The notes beneath the pieces are model-generated. The model searched no databases, was not told the origin of the DNA, and saw nothing but the letters and a program-made list of their open reading frames with translations. From Phaeosaccion multiseriatum (taxonomy: Eukaryota; Protista; Ochrophyta, other classes): a stretch of 64,000 nucleotides of DNA. The first letter of the stretch is position 1. Each line of letters begins with the position of its first letter. The DNA lies in contig OZ218961.1 of assembly GCA_965112735.1 (NCBI GenBank), forward strand, positions 2,232,001 through 2,296,000. The letters are read 5' to 3'. Position numbers and translations under genes: made by a program. Below are positions 14,191 to 64,000 of this stretch, piece after piece.

Positions 14191-14876
14191 GCCCCCTCCC
14201 CAATTCCTTTCCCTTTAAAAGGGTTAGGAAGTGTCTGCACAACAGCAGCAGCAACAGAAGGGACGAATGGTCACAGACAGCATGAGATAGAGTGCACAAA
14301 GAGGGGGGGGTCGTAGGTGGGCTGCTTGAGGGAAGAGTGACCAAGAAAGCAAGGCCGCGCCAAACGCCCTCTGATCACAGGGCCGACTCCGAGCAACCAA
14401 CTTGCCCTCAATAATTTTTTCATTCCCCCTCCATAATTATCCCTCCGTCCCTCTTCGACCAAGCAGCAGGTAGGAGCGTGGCGCTGAAGAATGCAGGCTG
14501 GAGGAGGCTTAGAGCAGTCGAGGCCGTGTTGGGAGATGGTGATCGAGTCCATCGAAGTAAACTTGCCGTCCGCACTCTTCGGCTCTTCGGCGGGGGGTCT
14601 CGGCAAAGGCCCAACAGCAAAGGAGGTACCGATGCCGCCTTTTGCTCACACTGCGTGGCATTTCCCTCCTGTCATCCCCCCTCCCCCTTCCCTTCCCTCG
14701 TCGTATCAGGCTTCGCTGAGGAAAGCAAAAGCGCTTCTTCCCCCCGATCCGTGCCGCGCGCGGCACATCATACGTGTGAAGCAGTCATCCAGAGTGGGGC
14801 CGCGAAAGACTTGGACAGACCGAGCCGAAAGCAGGGTGGAGAAAGGCTCCAGCCAGCCCCACCCATCGACTCCTCG

Positions 14877-15878
14877 ATGGAGGCGCAAGGTTGCAGCCCC
14901 GCCGTGGCAGCTTCTCTCGTTCCCGCTGCCCTTGCTGGAGGCGAGGGAAGCCATGCTCAAACCTTCGAAGCTTGTGAACAGGCCCTGGCCCAGGCTGTAC
15001 TTCTCATCAGTGTGATGAAGTGGACTGGTGGGGGCCAGGACTTGTTCATATCGGCGGTGAGCAAGGAGTGGAAGGGCCGCTACAGACGTCTCCATCCGGC
15101 CAAGACAACGCGGATCAGGAGTGTGGTTGAGTCTGTGGAGCGCTTGAGGTGGGCCAGGAAGTGCGGGTATGAGCTGAGTGTGTTGACTTTTAAAGCTGCG
15201 GCACAGTACGGAGATGTGAGTATTTGCACGGCTCTTCACAGCATGGGGTGTGCCTGGGGTTGGTCCGTTTGCGTGGTTGCGGTGAGGAATGAAAGGCACG
15301 GACTGAGCATCCTCCAATGGCTGCGAGTGGAGGACCTGCCCGACAAGGAGCGGTGCCCGTGGATAATGAGCGGTGTTTGTGGCGATGCTGGCAAGTGCGG
15401 CAATGTGGAGGTTCTTACGTGGCTGCTGTCCGACGAGTTTGAGGGCCCTCCTGAATATGTCATGTGGGTAAATGCTGTAAGGGCGGGGCACATTCGAGTG
15501 TTGGACATGCTTTTGCATCATCCGAAGGTCAGAGCTGAGATGGAGGCGGCTGATGACAGGAGCGGGTGGAGGGATGGGGCTTTTTGGGCGGCCCACGAAG
15601 GCAATCTGGAAGTGCTGCAGTGGCTCCATGCAAACGCACGGGAGCTGTGCAGGTGGGATGCAAATGTCTGTTTTTTTGCAGTTTATTCCGCCAAGAGCCT
15701 CTCTGTGCTGAAGTGGCTCCGATCGGAGGAGGTCATGTGTCCCTGGGATGAGAGTTCATGCCCACAAGTCGTGAAAGACGAATATGGCGGTCGTGATTGG
15801 GATATGCCCCCTGCCGCCTTTGAGGAGATGAAGCAGTGGGTGCACGCCAATGGTCACCCCTGCGACTGCGAGGACTGA
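14877..15878 (+). CDS. Intronless ankyrin-like repeat protein with putative F-box-like N-terminus, copy 1
   Basis: Repeats of the form A..G.LEVL.WL....CPW (for example AAHEGNLEVLQWLHAN, LKWLRSEEVMCPWD). The N-terminal LLISVMKW....DLFISAVSKEWK resembles an F-box. The first ATG (MEAQG) is at 14877; the ORF-track start at 14478 is a GTG. Confidence 0.85.
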   Translation: MEAQGCSPAVAASLVPAALAGGEGSHAQTFEACEQALAQAVLLISVMKWTGGGQDLFISAVSKEWKGRYRRLHPAKTTRIRSVVESVERLRWARKCGYELSVLTFKAAAQYGDVSICTALHSMGCAWGWSVCVVAVRNERHGLSILQWLRVEDLPDKERCPWIMSGVCGDAGKCGNVEVLTWLLSDEFEGPPEYVMWVNAVRAGHIRVLDMLLHHPKVRAEMEAADDRSGWRDGAFWAAHEGNLEVLQWLHANARELCRWDANVCFFAVYSAKSLSVLKWLRSEEVMCPWDESSCPQVVKDEYGGRDWDMPPAAFEEMKQWVHANGHPCDCED

Positions 15879-16170
15879 GTGACCAGGGCAGACAGCGCGG
15901 CCCCTCCTGGGTAAAGCACCGCCTAGTTTCGCACACGGTGCCATCGATAGCGGGTTATGTCTTACTTCGCAGTAATATAAGCAGATTTGGCGCTTTCCCT
16001 CTGCGAAGTGCTTGATCGAGCAGCACCGCGCCCCTCCCTCCGCAGCGCTGAAGAGAGGCGCACACACTGACCACTCCTCCTTCCCTCCCACCGTGATAGA
16101 GTACATTGTAGAGTCGGACGAGACAAGCATAGGAGTCATAGCAGACAGCGATGCTTCATTGACGCTGAAC

Positions 16171-16389
16171 GTCAGGGTCAGGGTCATCAGGGTCAGGGTC
16201 AGCATCAGGATCAGGGTCAGGGTCAGGGTCAGGGTCAGGGTCAGGGTCAGGGTCAGGGTCAGGGTCAAGGTCAGGGTCAGGGCCAGGGTCAGGGCCAGGG
16301 TCAGGGTCAGGGTCAGGGTCAGGGTCAGGGTCAGGGTCAGGGTCAGGGTCAGGGTTAGGGTCAGGGTCAGGGTCAGGGTCAGGGTCAGG
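16171..16389. repeat. (TCAGGG)n array, about 36 units, including one TTAGGG
   Basis: Direct inspection. Confidence 0.97.
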
Positions 16390-17108
16390 CCCACGACTCC
16401 TCGACCGCTCTGGAATAGGTAAAGTACTACAGGACTAATAATAAGAATTGTGTCCTGGGGGTTGAAATCAAGTGTCTGCACAACAACAGCAGCACAACAG
16501 AAGGGACGAATGGCCACAGACAGCATGAGATAGAGTGCACAAAGAGGGGGGGTCGTAGGTGGGCTGCTTGAGGGAACAGTGACCACCCAGGCAGAGAGCT
16601 GCAAGGCTGCAGCCAAGAAAGCAAGGCCGACACCAAAAACCCAAAAACTCAAAAACTCCTGAAAAGCTCTCTGATCACAGGGCCGACTCCGAGCAACCAA
16701 CTTTCCTGTATGGTCCCCTCAAAAAAAAAAGCAAAAAGCAAAAGTCCCTCCGTGTCCCTCTTCGACCAAGCAGCAGGTAGGATGTGGCGCTGAAGAGTGC
16801 AGGCTGGAGGACGCTTACAGCAGTCGAGGCCGTGCTGGGAGATGGTGATCGAGTCCATCGAAGTAAACTTGCCCTCCGCACTCTTCGGCTCTTCGAGGCG
16901 TCTCCACAAAGGCCCAACAGCAGGGGAGATACCGATGCCGCCTTTTGCTCACACACTGCGTGTCATTTCCCCCCTGTCATCCTCCCTCCCCCTTCCCTTC
17001 CCTCGTCGTACCAGGCTTCGCTGAGGAAAGCAAAAGCGCTTCTTCCCCCCGATCCGTGCCGCGCGCCATACGTGTCAAGCAGTCATCCAGCGTGGGGCCG
17101 CGAAAGAC

Positions 17109-18173
17109 ATGGACGGACCGAGCCGAAGGCAGGGTGGCAAAAGGCTCCAGCCAGCCCCACCCATCGACTCCTCGGTGGAGGCGCAAGGTTGCAGCGCCGC
17201 CGTGGCAGCTTCTCCCGTTCCCGCTGCCCTTCCTGGAGGCGAGGGAAGCGATGCTCAAACCTTCGAAGCTTGTGAACAGGCCCTGGCCCAGGCTGTACTT
17301 CTCATCAGTGTGATGGAATGGACTGGTGGGGGCCAGGACTTGTTTATATCGGCGGTGAGCAAGGAGTGGAAGGGCCGCTACAGACGACTCCATCCGGCCA
17401 AGACAACGCGGATCAGGAGTGTGGTTGAGTCTGTGGAGCGTTTGAGGTGGGCCAGGAAGTGCGGGTATAAGCTGAGTTTGTTGACTTTTAAAGCTGCGGC
17501 ACAGTACGGAGATGTGAGTATTTGCAAGGCTCTTCACAGCATGGGGTGTGCCTGGGATCGGGTCGTATGCAAGTTTGCGGTGAGGAATGAAAGGCACGCA
17601 CTGAGCATCCTCCAATGGCTGCGAGTGGAGGACCTGCCCAACAAGGAGCGGTGCCCGTGGGATCTGAGCGATATTTGTCGCGAAGCTGGCTCGTGCGGCA
17701 ATGTGGAGGTTCTTACGTGGCTGCTGTCCGACGAGTTTGAGGGCCCTCCTCACTTTATATGGACGGAGGCTGTAATGGCGGGGCATATTCGAGTGTTGGA
17801 CATGTTTTTGCATCATCCCAAGGTCAGAGCTGAGATGGAGGCGGCAGATGAATACGGTGGGGGGAGGGCTGGGGCTCATTGTGCGGCCAAGGAAGGCAAT
17901 CTGGAAGTGCTGCAGTGGCTGCATGCAAACGCACGGGAGCTGTGCAGGTGGAATGCAAATGTCTGCTATTTTGCAGTTTATCGCGCCAAGAGCCTCTCTA
18001 TGCTGAAGTGGCTCCGATCGGAGGAGGTCATGTGTCCCTGGGATGGGAGGTCATGCCCACAAGTCGTAAAGAACATACATGTCGGTCATGGATGGGATAT
18101 GCCCCCTGCCGCCTTTGAGGAGTTGAAGCAGTGGGTGCACGCCAATGGTCACCCCTGCGACTGCGAGGACTGA
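17109..18173 (+). CDS. Intronless ankyrin-like repeat protein, copy 2 (354 aa)
   Basis: Intact ORF collinear with copies 1 and 3, with the same C-terminus HANGHPCDCED. Confidence 0.88.
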   Translation: MDGPSRRQGGKRLQPAPPIDSSVEAQGCSAAVAASPVPAALPGGEGSDAQTFEACEQALAQAVLLISVMEWTGGGQDLFISAVSKEWKGRYRRLHPAKTTRIRSVVESVERLRWARKCGYKLSLLTFKAAAQYGDVSICKALHSMGCAWDRVVCKFAVRNERHALSILQWLRVEDLPNKERCPWDLSDICREAGSCGNVEVLTWLLSDEFEGPPHFIWTEAVMAGHIRVLDMFLHHPKVRAEMEAADEYGGGRAGAHCAAKEGNLEVLQWLHANARELCRWNANVCYFAVYRAKSLSMLKWLRSEEVMCPWDGRSCPQVVKNIHVGHGWDMPPAAFEELKQWVHANGHPCDCED

Positions 18174-18659
18174 GTGACCAGGGCAGACAGCGCGGCCCCT
18201 CCTGGGTAAAGCACCGCCTAGTTTCGCACACGGAGCCATCGATAGCGGCTTAATGTCTTACTTCGTAGTATTATAACCAGATTTGGCGCTTTCCCTCTGC
18301 GAAGTGCTTGGTCGAGCAGCACCACGCCCCTCCCTCCGCAGCGCTGAAGAGAGGCTCACACACTGCCCACTCCTCCTTCCCTCCCACCATGGAAGGAACC
18401 ACTTCCCCTTCATCATCACTTTCCCCGCCCCTGGCTGGAGACTCTCACTCTCCTCAACTCCACGCATTGCTATTTTCAATTTAAAATTAACTGTAAAGTT
18501 TGCATTATGATGTTAACATGTACTCATTGAAGGGAAGAGTCTCCTCCAACCTTCGCGTCCAAACAACTGCCGATCAACGGCCACCGGAAGCCTGCCTCGC
18601 TCGCTGCCATTGCCCCCCTTATCTATACAGCAGCTAGACACTATCTATAGCGACCCCCC

Positions 18660-19850
18660 CCCTCAAGTGCCATCTGTGCTCTCCTCCTCCCCCTCGTCCT
18701 CTTCCTCCTCGTCGTCCTCTTCGTTGCCCCAGTCCCTCCCTCCCTCCCCAACAGCGGTATAAAACCGGTTGCCCCTCTCTTGCTGCTGCGCCTCGCTCCC
18801 GAGGCCGTCGAGCTCCTCGGTCTTGTCGTACTGCGCTGTTCGGACTCTGCAGCCAGCGCGAGTCCACCCTTGCGGGCCTCTATCTTAACCTGGTTGGGGT
18901 TTTGAGTGTGGGATTGAGCGGGGTCGGGGTGGGGTGAGGTGGTGAGAGGCAGGCCGATGCAAGGGAAGGCCCAGGCCCAAGCGAAGACCCTCCTTGTATT
19001 CTGCAGAGCAGTTGGTGATACAGTAGCAGAGCAGTGTCCGCGTCGATGAGGTCTCCTAATGGGGATAGGCCAACAAGCCCTTCCAGCCGCCGATGGTATG
19101 GAGCAGCACCGTTTTGGCCATTGCACTTGGCACAAACACTGACACTGACACCGACTAACACTGACTGACCTCTCTTTCTCGCGGTTGGCCATGTCCACGA
19201 CCCTGCGCTCCGTCCCTTCGATCTCGCGCAGACGCTTGAACTGCTTTCGAACCTCTCCCACTCTGTGGAGGGGAGGGGATGGGGTGGGATGGGGTGGGAT
19301 GGGGTGGGATGGGGATAGCAGTGGATGGGAAGGAGTGGATGGGGAGGGGAGGGAGTGGATGTGGGCAGGGATGGCAGTGGACGGGGAGGAGCGGATGGGG
19401 AGGGGATGGCAGTGGATGGGGGCAGGGATGGCAGTGGATGGGAAGGAGTGGATGGGGAGGGGAGGGAGTGGATGTGGGCAGGATGGCAGTGGACGGGGAG
19501 GAGTGGATGGGGAGGGGATGGCGGTGGATGTCGCAGCAGCGAGGGTCCTCGCTCCGGTTTTCTATGCGTTTGCGGGCACTGAGCTGCAGTCACGCGGAAG
19601 TGCCATCAGAGCCTGCCCACTCCAATAAGGCCAACAAGGGGAAGGCCGAGCCAAGAGGGGGCAAGGCTGCTGGAAAAACGCATCCCTTTTCATACTTCCA
19701 CGAGAGCAGCCAGTACGTCGCTATTACGTAGGCGTACGCAAGTAGTACGTCTAGTAGGCAGGCTTCACTCACCTGCCATGTAGTTGATGAGACGGTCGCT
19801 GCCGGGCACGATAAGCTGCTCACTCGAGACCGTCTACTAAGAGTGACGGT
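18660..19850 (-). pseudogene. Duplicated, decaying copy of the last three exons of the large minus-strand gene
   Basis: Aligns to 23812-24815 but has a 5-bp insertion near 18832, a 1-bp deletion at the acceptor near 19260 and a 5-bp deletion near 19827. Upstream exons are absent. Confidence 0.8.
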
Positions 19851-19855
19851 CGGGT

Positions 19856-20003
19856 TCAGGGTCAGGGTCAGGGTCAGGGTCAGGGTCAGGGTCAGGGTCA
19901 GGGTCAGGGTCAGGGTCAGGGTCAGGGTCAGGGTCAGTGCCAGGGTCAGGGTCGGGGTCAGGGTCAGGGTCAGGGTCAGGGTCAAGGTCAGGGTCAGGGT
20001 CAG
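19856..20003. repeat. (TCAGGG)n array, about 25 units
   Basis: Direct inspection. Confidence 0.97.
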
Positions 20004-20626
20004 GCCCACGACTCCTCGACTGCTCTGGAACAGGTACAGTGCGACAGGTACTAAAGAAAGGAACTTGTGTCCTACCTTGCGGCTTGTTGAAGTCAAGTGT
20101 CTGCACAACAACAGCAGCAGCAACAGATGGGACGAATGGCCGCAGACATAATGAGAAAGAGTGCAGCAGAAAGAGGGGGTGTCGTAGGTGGGATGCTTGA
20201 GGGAAGAGTGACTTATACCCCCCAGGCAGAGAGCTGCAAGGCTTGCAACCAAAGGCCGGCCGTCCCGCCAAACGCCCTCTGATCACAGGGCCGACTCCGA
20301 GCAACCAACTTGCCAGTATGTCGCTCATTTCTTTTTTCAGTCCCCCTCCATAATGGACATGAGGGCTTATGCGAGGGCTGTTTGCGTCATTCGGCGGCTA
20401 TTGGCCGTTGCGCTCCAGCGGGCCCGACACGAAAGATCGATTCGACATAGGATCCTGGCTGGTATCAACTTTGTTCCGATGGGGAGAACTGACGCATCGG
20501 AGGGATACGATTTACGAACGCACGACCTACGACCTCGGGGGTCTGCTCCAGACTGGCCTAGAAGCCTAGGCCTAGAGACGAAATTCGGCCGGCCTAGGGG
20601 GGTCGCAGGCCCCCGGCCTAGGCCTA

Positions 20627-21638
20627 TTGACCCTGGACAAGATTACGGTGTGCGCCGGCCGTAATCAATAATCAGCCCCCGGCTGGCGCATAATCAGTAC
20701 TCAGCAGGCCGGCTGGTCACCGGCTGTAAGCAACCAGGCCGGCTGGCGCCGGTCATAATCAGTAATCAGGCCGGCTGCGCCACCCATTTTCAGCAATCAG
20801 ATAATCTTGTCCAGGGTCGACTCCCTCCCTCCCTCCCTTCCTCCCTCCCTCCCTCCCTCCTTCCCTCCCTCCCTCCCTCCCTCCCTCCCTCCCTCCCTCC
20901 CTCCCTCCCTCCCTCCCTCCCTCCCTCCCTCCCTCCCTCCCTCCCTCCCTCCCTCCCTCCCTCCCTCCCTCCCTCCCTCCCTCCCTCCCTCCCTCCCTCC
21001 CTCCCTCCCTCCCTCCCTCCCTCCCTCCCTCCCTCCCTCCCTCCCTCCCTCCCTCCCTCCCTCCCTCCCTCCCTCCCTCCCTCCCTCCCTCCCTCCCTCC
21101 CTCCCTCCCTCCCTCCCTCCCTCCCTCCCTCCCTCCCTCCCTCCCTCCCTCCCTCCCTCCCTCCCTCCCTCCCTCCCTCCCTCCCTCCCTCCCTCCCTCC
21201 CTCCCTCCCTCCCTCCCTCCCTCCCTCCCTCCCTCCCTCCCTCCCTCCCTCCCTCCCTCCCTCCCTCCCTCCCTCCCTCCCTCCCTCCCTCCCTCCCTCC
21301 CTCCCTCCCTCCCTCCCTCCCTCCCTCCCTCCCTCCCTCCCTCCCTCCCTCCCTCCCTCCCTCCCTCCCTCCCTCCCTCCCTCCCTCCCTCCCTCCCTCC
21401 CTCCCTCCCTCCCTCCCTTCCTCCCTCCCTCCCTCCCTCCCTTCGACCCTGGACAAGATTACGGTGTGCGGCGGCCGTAATCAGTAATCAGCCCCCGGCT
21501 GGCGCATAACCAGTAATCAGGCCGGCTGGTCACCGGCTGCAATCAGCAACCAGGCCGGCTGGCCACTGGCGCCGGCCATTTCCTCGGGCTGGCGCCATCA
21601 GGTCGGCTGCACCGGCCGTAATCAGTATCTGAGGTCGA
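20627..21638. mobile_element. Composite MITE: two units of about 195 bp in direct orientation flanking (CCCT)n, with 6-bp TSD GGCCTA
   Basis: Unit 1 (20627-20820) has TIRs TTGACCCTGGACAAGATTA...TAATCTTGTCCAGGGTCGA. Unit 2 (21443-21638) starts TCGACCCTGGACAAGATTA and ends GGTCGA. GGCCTA occurs at 20621-20626 and 21639-21644. Confidence 0.7.
20821..21442. repeat. (CCCT)n microsatellite, about 620 bp
   Basis: Direct inspection. Confidence 0.98.
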
Positions 21639-22182
21639 GGCCTAGGCCTAGAACCACCAGCCTAGGTATATTATATAAGCTTCTAGGCCAGTCTGGAGCC
21701 AAGCAAGCCGACGGGCGGGGGCTAAAGTTCGCCGGGGCGGTGAGCCATTACTGTTAGACAACCATAGATGGCACTTAAGGGTGTGATATAATACCCCCTC
21801 CATAATTATTCCTCCGTCCTTCTTCGACCAAGCAGCAGGTAGGAGCGTGACGCTGAAGTATGCAGGCTCGAGGAGGCTTAGAGCAGTCGAGGCCGTGTTG
21901 GGAGATGGTGATCGAGTCCATCGAAGTAAACATGCCCTCAGCACTCTTCGGCTCTTCGGGGGGGGTCTCGGCAAAGGCCCACCAGCAGATGAGGTACCGA
22001 TGCCGCCTTTTTCTCACACTGCGTGGCATTTCCCTCCTGTCACCCCCCCTCCCCCTTCCCTTCCCTCGTCGTACCAGGCTTCGCTGAGGAAAGCAAAAGC
22101 GCTTCTTCCCCCCCGATACGTGCCGCGCGCGGCACATCATACCTGTTAAGAAGCAGTCATCCAGAGTGGGGCCGCGAAAGAC

Positions 22183-23253
22183 ATGGACGGACCGAGCCGA
22201 AAGCAGGGTGGCAAAAGGCTCAAGCCAGCCCCACCCATCGATTCCTCGATGGAGGCGCAAGGTTGCAGCGCCGCCGTGGCAGCTTCTCTCGTTCCCGCTG
22301 CCCTTGCTGGAGGCGAGGGAAGCCATGCTCAAACCTTCGAAGCTTGTGAGCAGGCCCTGGCCCAGGCTGTGCTTCTCATCAATGTGATGGAGTGGACTGG
22401 TGGGGGCCAGGACTTGTTCATATCGGCGGTGAGCAAGGAGTGGAAGGGCCGCTACAGACGTCTCCATCCGGCCAAGACAACGCGGATCAGGAGTGTGGTT
22501 GAGTCTGTGGAGCGTTTGAGGTGGGCCAGGAAGTGCGGATATGCGCTGAGTGTGAAGACTTTTGAGGCTGCGGCACAGTACGGAGATGTGAGTATTTGCA
22601 AGGCTCTTCACAGCATGGGGTGTGCCTGGGATCGGTCCGTTTGCGTGGTTGCGGTGAGGAATGAAAGGCGCGCACTGAGCATCCTCCAATGGCTGCGAGT
22701 GGAGGACCTGCCCGACAAGGAGCGGTGCCCGTGGGATCTGAGCGATAGTTGTGGCGAAGCTGGCAAGTGCGGCAATGTGGAGATTCTTACGTGGCTGCTG
22801 TCCGACGAGTTTGAGGGCCCTCCTCATTTTGTGTATATGTGGAAGGAGGCTGTAAGGGCCGGGCACATTCGAGCGTTGGACATGCTTTTGCATCATCCGA
22901 AGGTCAGAGCTGAGATGGAGGCGATAGATAACCCCGCCGGGTGGAGGTGGGGGGCTCTCTGGGCGGCCGCGGAAGGCAATCTGGAAGTGCTGCAGTGGCT
23001 CCATGCAAACGCACGGGAGCTGTGCAGGTGGGATGCAAATGTCTGTTTTTTTGCAGTTCGTGACGCCAAGAGCCTCTCTGTGCTGAAGTGGCTCCGATCG
23101 GAGGAGGTCATGTGTCCCTGGAACAGGTATGCATGCCCACAAGTCATGAAAAACGGATATGGCGGTCGTGGATGGGATATGCCCCCTGCCGCCTTCGAGG
23201 AGATGAAGCAGTGGGTGCACGCCAATGGTCACCCCTGCGACTGCGAGGACTGA
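22183..23253 (+). CDS. Intronless ankyrin-like repeat protein, copy 3 (356 aa)
   Basis: Intact ORF that retains both in-frame ATGs (MDGPS and MEAQG). Confidence 0.88.
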   Translation: MDGPSRKQGGKRLKPAPPIDSSMEAQGCSAAVAASLVPAALAGGEGSHAQTFEACEQALAQAVLLINVMEWTGGGQDLFISAVSKEWKGRYRRLHPAKTTRIRSVVESVERLRWARKCGYALSVKTFEAAAQYGDVSICKALHSMGCAWDRSVCVVAVRNERRALSILQWLRVEDLPDKERCPWDLSDSCGEAGKCGNVEILTWLLSDEFEGPPHFVYMWKEAVRAGHIRALDMLLHHPKVRAEMEAIDNPAGWRWGALWAAAEGNLEVLQWLHANARELCRWDANVCFFAVRDAKSLSVLKWLRSEEVMCPWNRYACPQVMKNGYGGRGWDMPPAAFEEMKQWVHANGHPCDCED

Positions 23254-23448
23254 GTGACCAGGGCAGACAGCGCGGCCCCTCCTGGGTAAAGCACCGCCTA
23301 GTTTCGCACACACGGTGCCATACATAGCAGCTTATTGTCTTACTTCGTAGTAATATAACCAGATTTGGCGCTTTCCCTCTGCGAAGTGCTTGAACGAGCA
23401 GCACCGCGTCCCTCCCTCCGCAGCGCTGAAGAGAGGCTCACACACTGC

Positions 23449-23585
23449 CCACTCCTCCTTCCCTCTCACCATGGAAGGAACCACTTCCCCTTCATCATCA
23501 CTTTCCCCGCCCCTGGCCACTCCTCCTTCCCTCTCACCATGGAAGGAACCACTTCCCCTTCATCATCACTTTCCCCGCCCCTGGC
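23449..23585. repeat. 68-bp tandem duplication specific to cassette 3
   Basis: CCACTCCTCCTTCCCTCTCACCATGG...CCCCTGG occurs twice here and once in cassette 2 (about 18366). Confidence 0.9.
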
Positions 23586-23811
23586 TGGAGACTCTCACTC
23601 TCCTCAACTCCACGCACTGCTATTTCAAATTGAAATTAAGTACTATTTTTTTATTCTGATCTTAACATGTACTCATTGAAGGGAAGAGTCTCCTCCAACC
23701 TTCGCGTCCAACCAACTGCCGATCAACTGCCCCCGGAATCCTGCCTCGCTCGCTGCCATTGCCCCCCTTATCTATACAGCAGCTAGACACTATCTGTAGC
23801 GACCCCCCCCC

Positions 23812-63819
<40,008 letters not shown>

Positions 63820-64000
63820 CTGAGATGATGGAGAGGAGGAGGGGGAGGAGGAGGACGGCCGAGAGGGGGTTAGAATGGCGTGCTGTGGTCCACAACAGAA
63901 TGTGTGGATGCATCCTTCAGTGACTGGCGTAGGGCTCACCTGTTCTCACCAGGCCTCCCGCCATAGCCCCACCGCCACCTGCCCCACCCCCCCCTTCTCG

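Larger units (their letters stand above)
20545..21699. mobile_element. Nested segment bounded by a perfect 21-bp inverted repeat (GCTCCAGACTGGCCTAGAAGC)
   Basis: Repeat at 20545-20565 and its reverse complement at 21679-21699; no TSD found. Confidence 0.65.
20355..21793. mobile_element. 1439-bp insertion with a 13-bp target-site duplication, containing nested TIR elements
   Basis: CCCCCTCCATAAT occurs at 20342-20354 and 21794-21806. Cassette 1 has the single empty site at about 14425. There are no TIRs at the outer ends, and the right end is A/T-rich (GATATAATA). Confidence 0.85.

Noticed and set aside
14877-23253. Diversity-generating retroelement or targeted mutagenesis behind the ankyrin variation
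   Set aside because: No reverse transcriptase or template repeat is in the window, and the codons I inspected are not adenine-specific.
14877-23253. Mosaicism or gene conversion among the three copies
   Set aside because: With only three sequences and no outgroup, alternating sharing cannot be distinguished from independent mutation.
14706-23325. Long antisense ORFs (307, 315 and 516 aa) over the ankyrin-like genes
   Set aside because: They are shadow ORFs of GC-rich coding sequence, with differing ends between copies and no recognisable motifs.

Overview
This is eukaryotic, GC-rich genomic DNA with dense GT-AG introns and very abundant microsatellites. An ochrophyte or stramenopile alga is my guess and is low confidence. 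Most long ORFs in the track are repeat artefacts. The supportable genes are: (1) a minus-strand multi-exon 6TM K+ channel (TVGYGD filter, Arg/Lys-rich S4, CNB-homology domain) at about 1-8 kb; (2) a 7-exon minus-strand family-16 (EFM7/NNT1-like) protein methyltransferase at 10054-14190; (3) three intronless plus-strand paralogues encoding a putative F-box-like N-terminus plus 'CPW'-type ankyrin-like repeats, in tandem cassettes separated by (TCAGGG)n arrays; (4) one very large (or several adjacent) minus-strand many-exon gene from 23812 to beyond 63.8 kb, with IQ-like, Trp-periodic Sfi1-like, ankyrin and low-complexity parts. The most interesting signals are: (a) the ankyrin-like cassette array, whose amino-acid differences cluster at the same positions of each repeat on a near-identical scaffold, a candidate diversifying recognition system; (b) a dispersed motif, CTGTATCACCAAC, with at least 29 exact 12-mer copies on both strands in introns and exons, imprinting QLVIQ/AVGDT/VSPT peptides; (c) non-autonomous TIR elements with TCG...CGA ends and 6-bp TSDs, one of them a composite carrying a 620-bp (CCCT)n tract; (d) tandem repeats that duplicate splice sites. 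All counts and alignments were done by eye.
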